Assembly: GCA_034530615.2 (NCBI GenBank)
Contig: JAVRCV020000031.1
Coordinates: 1-64,000, forward strand
DNA length: 64,000 bases
Direction: 5' to 3'
DNA from: Aulosira sp. ZfuVER01
GTDB lineage: Bacteria; Cyanobacteriota; Cyanobacteriia; Cyanobacteriales; Nostocaceae
A program made the position numbers and the translations under genes. Below, one piece after another: positions 41,358-51,057 of the stretch. How positions within the stretch are numbered: position 1 is the stretch's first letter; each line of letters begins with the position of its first letter. The notes under the pieces are model-generated. The model was not told where the DNA came from and did no database searches. It saw only the letters and a list, made by a program, of their open reading frames with translations.

Positions 41358-43037
41358 TTATTTACCTGTAAACTCTTTGACTAAGAACATCGCTTGCGGC
41401 GGAATCTCAGTAACTAGACGAATGGGAAATGCCTGAGTAGAAGCAAACTGAGCATAATCTGGTGTGAGAAAAACTGCGTATTTCTCAGCTTCAGGAGTTA
41501 GCTGTGCAGCAAAGGATAAAGCTATAGCTTGCAGATATTTACGAATATCAGCAGCTTGCTCACCTACTACTTCACCACCCGATAATGGTGTATTTAGTCT
41601 TGTTTGCTGATCCATTGTGGTACTGGGGTCTTTGACACTGAGATGAGTAGCACCCAGTACGCCAACCAGCCATTTGGGGGATGGGATTTGATTAAAGCCA
41701 ACAATTTGTTCTGGTAAAGCGGGGACAGTTTTATCTGCGGAAGCAGCCCATACTAGAGTTGGTACTTGCAGCTTACTCAGACCAGTTTGACCAAATATTA
41801 AAGCCGCAGTAGGACTAAGAGCGATCGCTCTTTTTATTCTCTTATCTCCTACTTGATACCTATTGTTTGGTAATTCTTGGGCTACGCATTGCAGTGTTTC
41901 ACCGAAACTAAATGTAGCTACATTTTTTTTACAACGTTGTTTGAGATTTTCTAGTTGCATTTCGGCTCCAGCAATTGCTAAAGCTGTACCACCGCCAAAT
42001 GAATAGCCAATAACCATTGCGTTATTAGTTGCTATCTTTCCTTGCAATGGGTTTTTGGCTGTTTGGTTGAGTTTTTCGAGTTCATCAAGTACAAAGCTAA
42101 TATCTTTGGGACGCTCCAAAAACTCTTGAGCTTGTAAAATCTTGGTATTGTTTTTGAGTGCTAAGTTGGTACTTGTTTCATTACTACCAGGATGTTCTAG
42201 CGCCGCTACTATGTAGCCGTGGGATGCGAGATGTTCTGCTAGGTAGCGCATATCTGTACGCACCGAGCCAAAGCCGTGGCTAAAGACAATTACAGGTTTA
42301 TCAGTAGTTGCAGCGTTTGACCAATAAACATCAACAGGAATTTTGCGTTCGCGTTTTTTGTCATTCAATTGCAAGCCAAGAACCTGAAATTGATCGCTTC
42401 CCTGTTCGCTGGGATCAAAAGGAAAAGATATTTGGGATGTGGTGGGGTTGAATTGAGGAGCGATCGCCAGCATAAACTGTTGTGTCAGCCAAAAACCTGA
42501 GTTCAAACTCCCTGCAACTGCAAATGCTTGCGGTAAACTTATTTCCAGGCGTTTACTAGGATAGTTTTTGATAAACGACAGTATTGAAAGGCCTTGTGGT
42601 GCAACAGATCCAAGAACAAATCCGGCTCTCAGTGCTTGTGCGCCAGCTCGATCTTTTCTAACTACAGCAGTTGCCAAATCATTGAGAATTGTTGTTCCAA
42701 TCTGCGTATTTAGTAATCGGCTAATAGTGACAACATTTAGAGGTACTTTGGTTCTGAGCGCTCCTAAAACTAAGCGGCGCTGTTGTTCCGATAAACTATT
42801 GGTGTAAAATTCCAAATCTCTGGGAAATTCTCCAGTTTCGGCAGCAGTTTGCAGATCTGCAACAGAGATAGATTCTGTAAACGGCCCAAATCGTACAATA
42901 ACCGTATCTGCCGCTTTTGCAGAGGTATTTGTCCCCAAAATCTGTGCGATCGCAATCCCTCCAGCAAGGGTTTTGCCCAAAGCACGAACCCTTGCTGTAA
43001 TATTTTTTAGACTTCCCCTGGTAATTCCCATGAACAT
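41358..43037 (-). CDS. DUF1400 + alpha/beta hydrolase (paralog of 19321-20973)
   Basis: SHGFG, GYSFGG, GATHLS, ERPKDISF. Confidence 0.9.
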   Translation of the reverse strand: MFMGITRGSLKNITARVRALGKTLAGGIAIAQILGTNTSAKAADTVIVRFGPFTESISVADLQTAAETGEFPRDLEFYTNSLSEQQRRLVLGALRTKVPLNVVTISRLLNTQIGTTILNDLATAVVRKDRAGAQALRAGFVLGSVAPQGLSILSFIKNYPSKRLEISLPQAFAVAGSLNSGFWLTQQFMLAIAPQFNPTTSQISFPFDPSEQGSDQFQVLGLQLNDKKRERKIPVDVYWSNAATTDKPVIVFSHGFGSVRTDMRYLAEHLASHGYIVAALEHPGSNETSTNLALKNNTKILQAQEFLERPKDISFVLDELEKLNQTAKNPLQGKIATNNAMVIGYSFGGGTALAIAGAEMQLENLKQRCKKNVATFSFGETLQCVAQELPNNRYQVGDKRIKRAIALSPTAALIFGQTGLSKLQVPTLVWAASADKTVPALPEQIVGFNQIPSPKWLVGVLGATHLSVKDPSTTMDQQTRLNTPLSGGEVVGEQAADIRKYLQAIALSFAAQLTPEAEKYAVFLTPDYAQFASTQAFPIRLVTEIPPQAMFLVKEFTGK

Positions 43038-43197
43038 CTTTTTTTCCCATGCTTAGGGGAATATAGCCGATCTTCGTGTATTTTACTACCCATGCTGTAA
43101 GAAATCTTAGCAGCTGAGGATTACTGAAGAAAGACAGTCTCCATGAAACAAGACAAATATACTCAAAACTTTTGCGTTTGTTGCAAACACTTCTATC

Positions 43198-43298
43198 AAA
43201 CTTATAAATGCGACGATCGTTTCGACAAATGCTTATACAAAATTTAGTTTCGTTCAAGCAAAACTTATAAATGCAACGATCGTTTGGATAAATGCTTA
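43198..43298. repeat. 38-bp direct repeat pair, 63-bp period
   Basis: AAACTTATAAATGC(G/A)ACGATCGTTT(C/G)GA(C/T)AAATGCTTA at 43198 and 43261. Confidence 0.85.
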
Positions 43299-43351
43299 GG
43301 TAAAACGAACAAGCAAGCGGACATTGTATCCCACACTAATTGAACTATTGT

Positions 43352-44479
43352 TTATAAATTGCCTCTGTTAGCCTGTTCGCGCTCGATAGCTTCAAATAAT
43401 GCCTGAAAATTGCCGTTACCTAACCCTTGCGAGCCTTTACGCTGAATAATTTCAATAAAAAATGTTGGTCTAGCCACTAATGGCTTAGTAAATATTTGCA
43501 GTAGGTATCCTGTTTCATCCCGATCGAGCAAAATTTTTAGTTCTCGCAGAGTATGAATATCTTCATCAATTTCACCAATCCGGTTTGGCAAATTTTCGTA
43601 ATAAACGTCAGGTGTATCTAAAAATTCAATACCATTACTCCGCAATTGTTTTACTGTCTGAACAATATCATTAGTTCTCAGAGCAATATGTTGTATTCCT
43701 GGCCCCTGATGAAAATCTAAATATTCTTGAATTTGTGATTTGCGGTATCCTGGGGCTGGTTCGTTAATAGGAAATCTAATCTGACCAGTATTGTTTTGCA
43801 AAACTTTGGACATTAAAGCTGAATATTTAGTTGAGATATCATCACTAGTAAATTGTTGGCTTTCCTGCAAATCTAATACTTGACGATAGAAGTTAGCCCA
43901 TAAATCCATTTTTCCTAATTCGACATTAATCACAATGTGGTCAATATCAGCTAGATTAGTTGGAATTGCTATTGGGATGTTTTCAATAGGATGATATTGC
44001 GGTGCAAAATTAGTATAGTTATGACGCTCAATAAATGAATGGATGAGGTCGCCGCTATAGCTGGCGATCGCAGCTTTGACAATATATCCATTTTCTCCTT
44101 TGCAGATAGTTGGTTCCTGTATGGATCTTGCTCCCCGTGCGATCGCAGTTTGGAAGCAAGCACACGCATCATCAACCAACAGAGCAATATTATATACTCC
44201 ATCGCCGTGTAACCTCACATATTCAGCCACCGCTCCGTCTGGCGTCAGGGGAGACGTAAACACAAAGCGAATATTTGATTGTTCTAGGACAAACGATTTG
44301 CGATCGCGCACCCCAGTTTCCAATCCAGCATAGGCGATCGTTCTAAAACCAAAAGATTTGCAATAAAAGTAAGCAGCCTGTTGAGCATTACCAACATAAA
44401 ATTCTACATAATCTATTTTATTTAATTTTATTGAAGATTCTTTTTGGAAGTTGCTTAATTTATTCTCTCTAATTTGCAT
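43352..44479 (-). CDS. hppD: 4-hydroxyphenylpyruvate dioxygenase
   Basis: HGDGV, DHIV, SQIQEYL, GIQHIAL, YLLQIFT, FIEIIQRKG, GNFQALFEAIEREQ. Confidence 0.95.
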   Translation of the reverse strand: MQIRENKLSNFQKESSIKLNKIDYVEFYVGNAQQAAYFYCKSFGFRTIAYAGLETGVRDRKSFVLEQSNIRFVFTSPLTPDGAVAEYVRLHGDGVYNIALLVDDACACFQTAIARGARSIQEPTICKGENGYIVKAAIASYSGDLIHSFIERHNYTNFAPQYHPIENIPIAIPTNLADIDHIVINVELGKMDLWANFYRQVLDLQESQQFTSDDISTKYSALMSKVLQNNTGQIRFPINEPAPGYRKSQIQEYLDFHQGPGIQHIALRTNDIVQTVKQLRSNGIEFLDTPDVYYENLPNRIGEIDEDIHTLRELKILLDRDETGYLLQIFTKPLVARPTFFIEIIQRKGSQGLGNGNFQALFEAIEREQANRGNL

Positions 44480-44609
44480 AGGTATTTCCCAAATTTTACT
44501 AATTACATAAATTAGTTCGTTTCTATAAGTCTCCTAAAATATAATTAAAAATATAAATATTTTTAAAAATTTTTAATAATACCTTTAACTTTCTCTGTAT
44601 GGTATTTAT

Positions 44610-44638
44610 ATCCTCAACTTCTCAAAGAAGTTGAGGAT
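44610..44638. repeat. Perfect 13-bp palindromic repeat
   Basis: ATCCTCAACTTCT-CAA-AGAAGTTGAGGAT. Confidence 0.75.
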
Positions 44639-44905
44639 CTGAATGAATAGAAATTTTTACTGTCATTTATTTTATAATTTAATGTTTGCTTTATAAAGTA
44701 TTTCTCAGACTGTAATTTTTGTACCATTTTTTGATTATTTTGAAAATAATCCTATAGGTAGTTTGCAATCAGCTTAATTTGCATATATTGGAATTTCGAG
44801 CATCTGGGAATTTTACTGTGCGAATTGATATTGAGCCAGTTCCAGCCCAAATCAGTGTTGATTGCCACAAAAATCAGATGAGCGATCGCTTATTTTAAGA
44901 ATGTA

Positions 44906-45001
44906 ATACCAATTTGAAAAAAGAATGTGAAAGATGTGTATCTAACACTGTTGTGCCCTTACGAATAGTTTAGATATCGGCAACATTATTTGAATTGATA
45001 T
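44906..45001. mobile_element. Degenerate MITE of the ATACCAATT family
   Basis: ATACCAATTTGAAAAA...TTATTTGAATTGATAT with an internal REP remnant ending GCCCTTAC. Confidence 0.55.
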
Positions 45002-45114
45002 AAATAAAATCTACAATTTTTTTGTGTAAAAGTTTGTCATCTTGAGATTGCAGCTTTAGTCACTACTCTTGCCTAGTCGATACCATCAATTAAATAAAAT
45101 TTCTTGTTGACTTT

Positions 45115-45582
45115 ATGCATCGTAAACTCATTTATGTGTTAGTTTTACTACTTTCACTCAGTCTTGTAACTCTGTTCTGGCCTGTCAATGATTCTCAGTG
45201 TAATTCAGAAGCTTTTCTCGCATCAAAAACTCAAAAATTTCAAGTACAGGCTACTAAAGTTGTTGTTCAACCTTGGCGTGGTGAACATCATGTATATGGT
45301 ATATTTATGGTTCCCAATAAATACAAAGAGACACCATTTTTTGTGTTAACTGTCAAAGGTTTTGGTAGTGAATGTTCTAAGCCATTCGGTTACAGTCAAT
45401 ACTATGACGATATCGCTGCCGCGCCTGGAACTCATTTGGTGAGAGACTACATAAGAACTCGTACTGCACTGCGACTAATTCTGCAAGGTTTGTACGGGCA
45501 ATTAAACGATAAACAGAACTGGACTCTGACCTATCCTCAACCTCAGGGTAATAATGCATTACCTGGTGCTGGTGCTAAGTGA
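45115..45582 (+). CDS. Hypothetical membrane-anchored protein
   Basis: 155-aa ORF with N-terminal TM; the last ~12 codons overlap an antisense toxin remnant. Confidence 0.75.
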   Translation: MHRKLIYVLVLLLSLSLVTLFWPVNDSQCNSEAFLASKTQKFQVQATKVVVQPWRGEHHVYGIFMVPNKYKETPFFVLTVKGFGSECSKPFGYSQYYDDIAAAPGTHLVRDYIRTRTALRLILQGLYGQLNDKQNWTLTYPQPQGNNALPGAGAK

Positions 45583-45716
45583 GTATTTGAAGTGATAATT
45601 ACGACAATAACTGTATTAATCCGGCTTTGAGTAAAAATATCATCTTGAATCACTAAAACCGGACGGCGGTATCTAGGCTCTGAACCTGCTGGATCGGGTA
45701 AATTTACCCAGCGAAA
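45546..45716 (-). pseudogene. PemK/MazF toxin fragment
   Basis: FRWVNLPDPAGSEPRYRRPVLVIQDDIFTQSRINTVIVVIITSNTHLAPAPGNALLP*; no start codon, C-terminal half missing. Confidence 0.88.
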
Positions 45717-45790
45717 CAATCCTACTGTGCAGCGAACGGAATAAAAGCTGTTTTAATGTCACGATCTACTGCTGAACTCTGTTGTTATGC
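45711..45790 (+). other. Degenerate attC-like imperfect hairpin
   Basis: ...AACAATCC..GCAGCGAACGGAATAAAAG...TGCTGAACTCTGTT-GTTATGC; AAC...GTT ends and an inner CAGC/GCTG pair. Confidence 0.45.
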
Positions 45791-45954
45791 AGCACAGTTG
45801 TCTACAAAGCGTAGTTGGGACTTAAGTGGTGAAGCAATCAAGAATTTTGTTGATTACTTTCACAAATTTGTCCTATTGCAATTAACTGCAACAAGCTTCA
45901 ACTTTCTGGCTGCCAGAATTGTTACCATATATTGAGATTAGATATTGAAGCCCC

Positions 45955-48405
45955 TTGATCCAGTCTGAAACCTTAGAACTATTAGAATGGAATCGCCTCT
46001 GCCAGCATCTTTCCACCTTTGCGGCAACTAAGTTAGGGGCGATCGCATCGCGTCAGCTAAAAATTCCCGACTCTCAGGCGGAAAGTACGCAGTTGTTGGA
46101 GCAAACAAAAGAAGTTTACCAACTGGAAAGCCGTCTATCCGCAAGTCTATCCTTTGAGGGAATTCAAGATATTGGTGATTCTCTGGAACGGGCAGAACTC
46201 CAAGGAATTTTGGCAGGGGACGAATTGTTAGCGATCGCTACCACCCTGGCTGGCAGTAGGAATTTACGTCGTGTAATTGATAACCAAGAAGATTTACCCA
46301 TCCTGACAGAGTTAGTTGCTGATTTACGGACTTATCCCGAACTTGAACAAGAAATTCACCGTTGTATCGATGAACGGGGGCAGGTAACAGATCGCGCTAG
46401 CCAAAAGCTGGGAGAAATTCGTACAGAACTGCGGAGATTACGCAGCCAAATTACGCAAAAACTGCAAAATATTTTACAAGCAAAATCTAGCGCAGTCCAA
46501 GAACAACTGATTACCCAAAGAGGCGATCGCTTTGTTATCCCTGTAAAAGTGACACACAAAGACGTTATCCCCGGTATTGTCCACGATACCTCTACCAGTG
46601 GTGCTACTTTGTATGTAGAACCTAATAGCATCGTGCCTGTAGGGAATCAATTACGCCAAGCAATTAGAAGAGAGCAGACAGAAGAAGAAGTAATTCGTCG
46701 CACTTTAACAGAGCAAGTAGCGGCAGTTAAACCCGATCTCGAAAGATTATTAGCAATTGTTACTACTTTAGATTTGGCTACAGCCAGGGCACGTTACAGT
46801 TTTTGGCTGGGAGCCAATCCCCCCAGATTTATCAACTGGCAGGAGCAAGAGAGCATTACTCTGCGCCAACTGCGTCATCCGCTTTTAGTGTGGCAGCATC
46901 AACACGAACAAAGCCAACCAGTAGTTCCTGTTGATTTGCTGATTAATCCGGAAATTCGGGTAGTAACCATCACTGGGCCAAATACTGGAGGGAAAACTGT
47001 CACCTTAAAAACCCTAGGCTTGGCAGCATTGATGGCTAAAGTGGGTTTATTTGTCCCAGCTAGAGAACCAGTAGAAATACCTTGGTTTGACCAGATATTA
47101 GCAGATATTGGTGATGAACAATCTTTACAGCAAAGTTTATCAACATTTTCTGGTCACATTCGCCGCATTAGCCGGATTTTGAATGCCCTAGGCAAAGAAA
47201 CGGAGAAGGAGAGACAGGAAGACGCGGAGAATGAAAACTTCCCTGCGTCGCCGCGTCCCCACGTTCCCGCGCCTTCTTCCCTAGTATTACTCGATGAAGT
47301 CGGCGCAGGAACCGATCCAGTCGAGGGTAGTGCTTTAGCGATCGCGCTTTTACAACATCTAGCTAACCACGCCCGACTAACAGTAGCCACAACTCACTTT
47401 GGTGAACTCAAAGCGCTGAAATATGAAGATGAGCGATTTGAGAACGCTTCTGTAGAATTTGATGAAAGTACCTTATCACCGACTTATCGGTTGTTGTGGG
47501 GAATCCCTGGACGTTCTAACGCCTTGACTATTGCTCGTCGCTTGGGATTAAAACCAGAAGTTGTCGAACAGGCAAAAACCCATCTGGGAGGAGCAACAGA
47601 CGAAGTTAACCAGGTGATTGCTGGCTTAGAAGCGCAACGCCGCCGCCAAGAAACTAAAGCCGCCGAAGCGCAAAATTTGTTGCAGCAAGCAGAACGTTTA
47701 TATAAAGAAGTTTCCGCCAAAGCCGCAAATTTGGAAGAAAGGGAACGTACTTTAAAGGCTTCGCAAGAAGCAGCAGTACAACAAGCGATCGCTCAAGCTA
47801 AAGGTGAAATTGCCCAAGTGATCCGTCGCTTGCAGCAAGGTACGCCAACCGCCCAAGATGCTCAACAAGCAACTAACGCCCTCAATCAAATTGCACAGAA
47901 ATTCCAGCCAGCCACACCAGCAAAACCAAAAGCTGGATTTATGCCTAAAGTAGGCGATCGCGTCCGGATTTCTCAGTTTGGGCAAACAGCAGAAGTTTTA
48001 GTCGCCCCCGATGATGATGGTGAGTTGACTGTTCGCTTTGGCATTATGAAAATGACAGTCAAGCTGGAAGACGTGGAATCTTTAGATGGGCAAAAAGCCG
48101 AACCGATTGTTAAATCAAAACCAACACCAGCACCAGTTACCCCAGCAGCACCACCAGCCCTAGCAATTCGCACTTCCAAAAATACAGTCGATTTGCGCGG
48201 AAAACGAGTGGCTGATTCTGAATTGCTTTTAGATAAAGCAATTTCCGAGGCTCTAGGCCCGATATGGATCATTCACGGACACGGTACTGGCAAACTGCGG
48301 CAAGGTGTGCATAGCTATTTGCAGCAACATCCTAGAGTGAGTCACTACGAAGCCGCAGAACAAGTAGATGGTGGTAGTGGTGTGACCGTTGCTTATGTGA
48401 AATAG
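45955..48405 (+). CDS. mutS2: Endonuclease MutS2
   Basis: ITGPNTGGKTV, DEQSLQQSLSTFSGH, LLDEVGAGTDP, Smr domain IIHGHGTGKLR; TTG start. Confidence 0.97.
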   Translation: MIQSETLELLEWNRLCQHLSTFAATKLGAIASRQLKIPDSQAESTQLLEQTKEVYQLESRLSASLSFEGIQDIGDSLERAELQGILAGDELLAIATTLAGSRNLRRVIDNQEDLPILTELVADLRTYPELEQEIHRCIDERGQVTDRASQKLGEIRTELRRLRSQITQKLQNILQAKSSAVQEQLITQRGDRFVIPVKVTHKDVIPGIVHDTSTSGATLYVEPNSIVPVGNQLRQAIRREQTEEEVIRRTLTEQVAAVKPDLERLLAIVTTLDLATARARYSFWLGANPPRFINWQEQESITLRQLRHPLLVWQHQHEQSQPVVPVDLLINPEIRVVTITGPNTGGKTVTLKTLGLAALMAKVGLFVPAREPVEIPWFDQILADIGDEQSLQQSLSTFSGHIRRISRILNALGKETEKERQEDAENENFPASPRPHVPAPSSLVLLDEVGAGTDPVEGSALAIALLQHLANHARLTVATTHFGELKALKYEDERFENASVEFDESTLSPTYRLLWGIPGRSNALTIARRLGLKPEVVEQAKTHLGGATDEVNQVIAGLEAQRRRQETKAAEAQNLLQQAERLYKEVSAKAANLEERERTLKASQEAAVQQAIAQAKGEIAQVIRRLQQGTPTAQDAQQATNALNQIAQKFQPATPAKPKAGFMPKVGDRVRISQFGQTAEVLVAPDDDGELTVRFGIMKMTVKLEDVESLDGQKAEPIVKSKPTPAPVTPAAPPALAIRTSKNTVDLRGKRVADSELLLDKAISEALGPIWIIHGHGTGKLRQGVHSYLQQHPRVSHYEAAEQVDGGSGVTVAYVK

Positions 48406-48435
48406 GTAAAATGTAGTGCGGGTATTTCGCCCGCA

Positions 48436-48969
48436 TTACAACAAACAACTAGAATTAGAGATTGGATAAGCAAAGGCAAACGTAGATAAAAAAGCACTGC
48501 TGATAACCAGTAAAGAAAGCAGCCCAAAAATTAAGTATAAAGATAGCAGAAAATTTTTCGGTATGCGTTTAACATAACCCTCAATAACAGAAAAATACCC
48601 ACCTAAACCCCAGGAACCAAAACTTATTACAATCAGTAAACGAGCCAAGAAATTATATAAATCCATCAAAAGAAAACTTTTTTTCTTTTCACATTGATGT
48701 TGTTTTTTCTCCCCAATATCTAAACTCAGAAAAAACCAATCTTTTGATTGATAGTATGAGATTTCTGTATTGGTATTAACTGATTTAACTGATGAAAAAT
48801 TCAAATTCTTGACATAGTTTAAATCATTAAAATTAGCTAGAATATGCTGACTTTGAGAAGAGGGAAACGAATAAATGTTTGCTTCTTTTGCAACAACCGA
48901 TAGATTGACATTAGCCAAGCTGATAGCAATGCTGGCAGATGCTAATACAAGTGTTTGTTTGAATGTCAC
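48436..48969 (-). CDS. Hypothetical AT-rich membrane protein
   Basis: Signal-like N-terminus, two C-terminal TM segments; no family recognised. Confidence 0.5.
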   Translation of the reverse strand: MTFKQTLVLASASIAISLANVNLSVVAKEANIYSFPSSQSQHILANFNDLNYVKNLNFSSVKSVNTNTEISYYQSKDWFFLSLDIGEKKQHQCEKKKSFLLMDLYNFLARLLIVISFGSWGLGGYFSVIEGYVKRIPKNFLLSLYLIFGLLSLLVISSAFLSTFAFAYPISNSSCLL

Positions 48970-49002
48970 AGAAGTTATTTTTATGTAATTAAAACTTTTG
49001 AT

Positions 49003-49608
49003 TTAGTGCAAGCCTATAGCGATAATAAAATTTGCTATCTGTCCTAAGGCAGAACCTATACCTGGAATTAAAAACAATAGAAAAAGAGCTAATGAAGCAA
49101 ATTGACTCTTTTCCAATGCTTTTAATCCTGGAAAAATTTCACTAAAAACATAAAAGCCATCAAGTGGCGGAATTGGGAAAAGATTAAATAAAAATAAGAC
49201 TAAATTTATCCGAGCTGCCATATAAATGAATTCTATACTGGCAATTTCTCTAAATGGAGAATTTAAAAAAAATTTGCATAAAGAGATACATAAAATTGCC
49301 AACCCCAAATTACACAAAGGCCCAGCAGCAGATACCAAAATGTTACTTAGCTTTGCCCAGCGAAACTTATAAGGATTGACAGGCATTTTTCCCCAGGCGA
49401 TACCTGCAATACAAAGAAAAATTATCGATTCCCAACCCATATGTACCACAGGATTAAATGTGAGATGACCAGTTCGCTCTGGTGTATCATCACCTTGACT
49501 CATAGCTGCCCAGCCGTGAGCCAGTTCATGTAAAGTGATGGAAATAATCACAATTACAACAACTCTAAAAAAATGTATCGGATTGGTAAATAGTGTATTG
49601 ATGAACAT
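49003..49608 (-). CDS. Site-2 protease (peptidase M50)
   Basis: HELAH, AAGPLCN, FNLFPIPPLDG. Confidence 0.93.
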   Translation of the reverse strand: MFINTLFTNPIHFFRVVVIVIISITLHELAHGWAAMSQGDDTPERTGHLTFNPVVHMGWESIIFLCIAGIAWGKMPVNPYKFRWAKLSNILVSAAGPLCNLGLAILCISLCKFFLNSPFREIASIEFIYMAARINLVLFLFNLFPIPPLDGFYVFSEIFPGLKALEKSQFASLALFLLFLIPGIGSALGQIANFIIAIGLH

Positions 49609-50282
49609 ATTACGACTAATTTTTAAGACACATTAAAAAGTGGTTGATTTTGCTGAAGAGAAAGCATAAAAAATCAGTATCAGAGTAAAACTCCGATACT
49701 TAGCATTGCTAACAACACTATGATTTTTGGTGAATGCTCTATTACTGAGAAAATTTTATACGAACTATATTGAATTTCTGAGAGTAAAAAAACTGAAACA
49801 AAAAGTAGCAGAAACAGTAAATATATAAGTAATTATCCTTTATTAAGACAGTGGTAAAAATACGATAATACTGAGATATTAAGTAAATAAATACACGTAT
49901 CGTCTCTCTTATTTCTCTTCTGCTACGAGACAAGAGTTGGTTCTTCAGGCGTTGATAGCTATAAAATGAACTGTGAATTGCTAATTATTAATTACCCAGC
50001 TATTATTAGCGATCGCTGATTTGGCTATTTGATAAGGTTTATTTATAGCTATGAACTAAATAAGCAGTTAGGGCTATATAGTTCTGATGTTGAAGTAATT
50101 ATATTTCTACTTTGTAGAAAATAAATTTTCCTTTAGAGTAAGACAGAGATACATGCTGATTACCAAAGTGATAAAAGCTAGCTGAAGCTTCTGACTAATA
50201 TAGCTATAGGAAACTAACCTGAATGCTTGAGAGTCTGTTTCAAAATGGGTAACAGCAACCGTCCCTATTAGCCCGATCACCT

Positions 50283-50888
50283 ATGCTAAAAGTTATGCAC
50301 TCGGCCACCAATTCAGCCACTCCAAATTCCCAGTGGGAGGATTTAATCAAGCTCCCAGCCCCAAACTCAGTTCAATGGGACAATATCAAAACCCAGTTAG
50401 ACTTAGTACTGTTGGCGCTTGAAACTTTAACTGGCATTGGTTCTGAGGCTATGCTCTCGGCAGCAATCGATCTGAATTTGGAGTCAAGAGTGCCAGACCG
50501 CGTAGCTTTATGGCGATTGCGCCAGTCAAATCCGCTACGCAAAGGTCAAGGAGGGCGAAAAAAACTTGATGTAGAAGAAGCGCGATCGCTGGTTCTCATC
50601 ACCTGCTACCTTGCCAAACAGCACCAAGAATTAATTCGTCGTGCTGTCGGTCTATTAGAACAAATGGCGGAAAATAACCAGGAACCTCATCAGACCGCTT
50701 TACTTGGAGATTATATTGATGCTTTCTGCAACACATACCAAGAGCGAATGGAAGAGGACGAGGAAATCTCAACAGATTTACTCACCCAACTGGCACTCAA
50801 ACTGCTGGTAGATTTACTATTTTACAGCGCCCCTGGTGGGCACCGTCGTTTGTGGTTAGCACTTATAGACCGTTCCACAAAATTTTAG
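50283..50888 (+). CDS. DUF3038 family protein
   Basis: LDLVLLALE, RVALWRLRQSNPLR, LLFYSAPGGHRRLW. Confidence 0.88.
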   Translation: MLKVMHSATNSATPNSQWEDLIKLPAPNSVQWDNIKTQLDLVLLALETLTGIGSEAMLSAAIDLNLESRVPDRVALWRLRQSNPLRKGQGGRKKLDVEEARSLVLITCYLAKQHQELIRRAVGLLEQMAENNQEPHQTALLGDYIDAFCNTYQERMEEDEEISTDLLTQLALKLLVDLLFYSAPGGHRRLWLALIDRSTKF

Positions 50889-50902
50889 ATTTTGCGGAGA
50901 GT

Positions 50903-50974
50903 TGAGCCAGTGTGGTAGATAGGTTTCCCAAGCACTCATTTGGGTAGCTTTGCCAACTTAAAGCTACTGGCGTT
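50903..50974. repeat. SDR-like element (GAGCCAGT...CTGGCGT family)
   Basis: Same termini as the insert at 23178-23329. Confidence 0.65.
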
Positions 50975-51057
50975 AAAACTTTCCAAGACGGATTTTAGAT
51001 TGCTCCTCCAAAATCCCAAATCCAAAATCACCAATCATCTCCTTCGCAGTTTCTGCC

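Noticed and set aside
42796..43257. 153-aa Cys-rich ORF
   Set aside because: Out-of-frame overlap with the hydrolase gene plus repeat DNA; no motif.
43198..43298. Possible mini-CRISPR array
   Set aside because: Only two units, 25-bp spacer, no GTT...GAAAC-type ends, no cas genes or leader.
45735..45760. Antitoxin start remnant (IKTAFIP) upstream of the MazF fragment
   Set aside because: Too short, and better explained as the loop of the attC-like hairpin.
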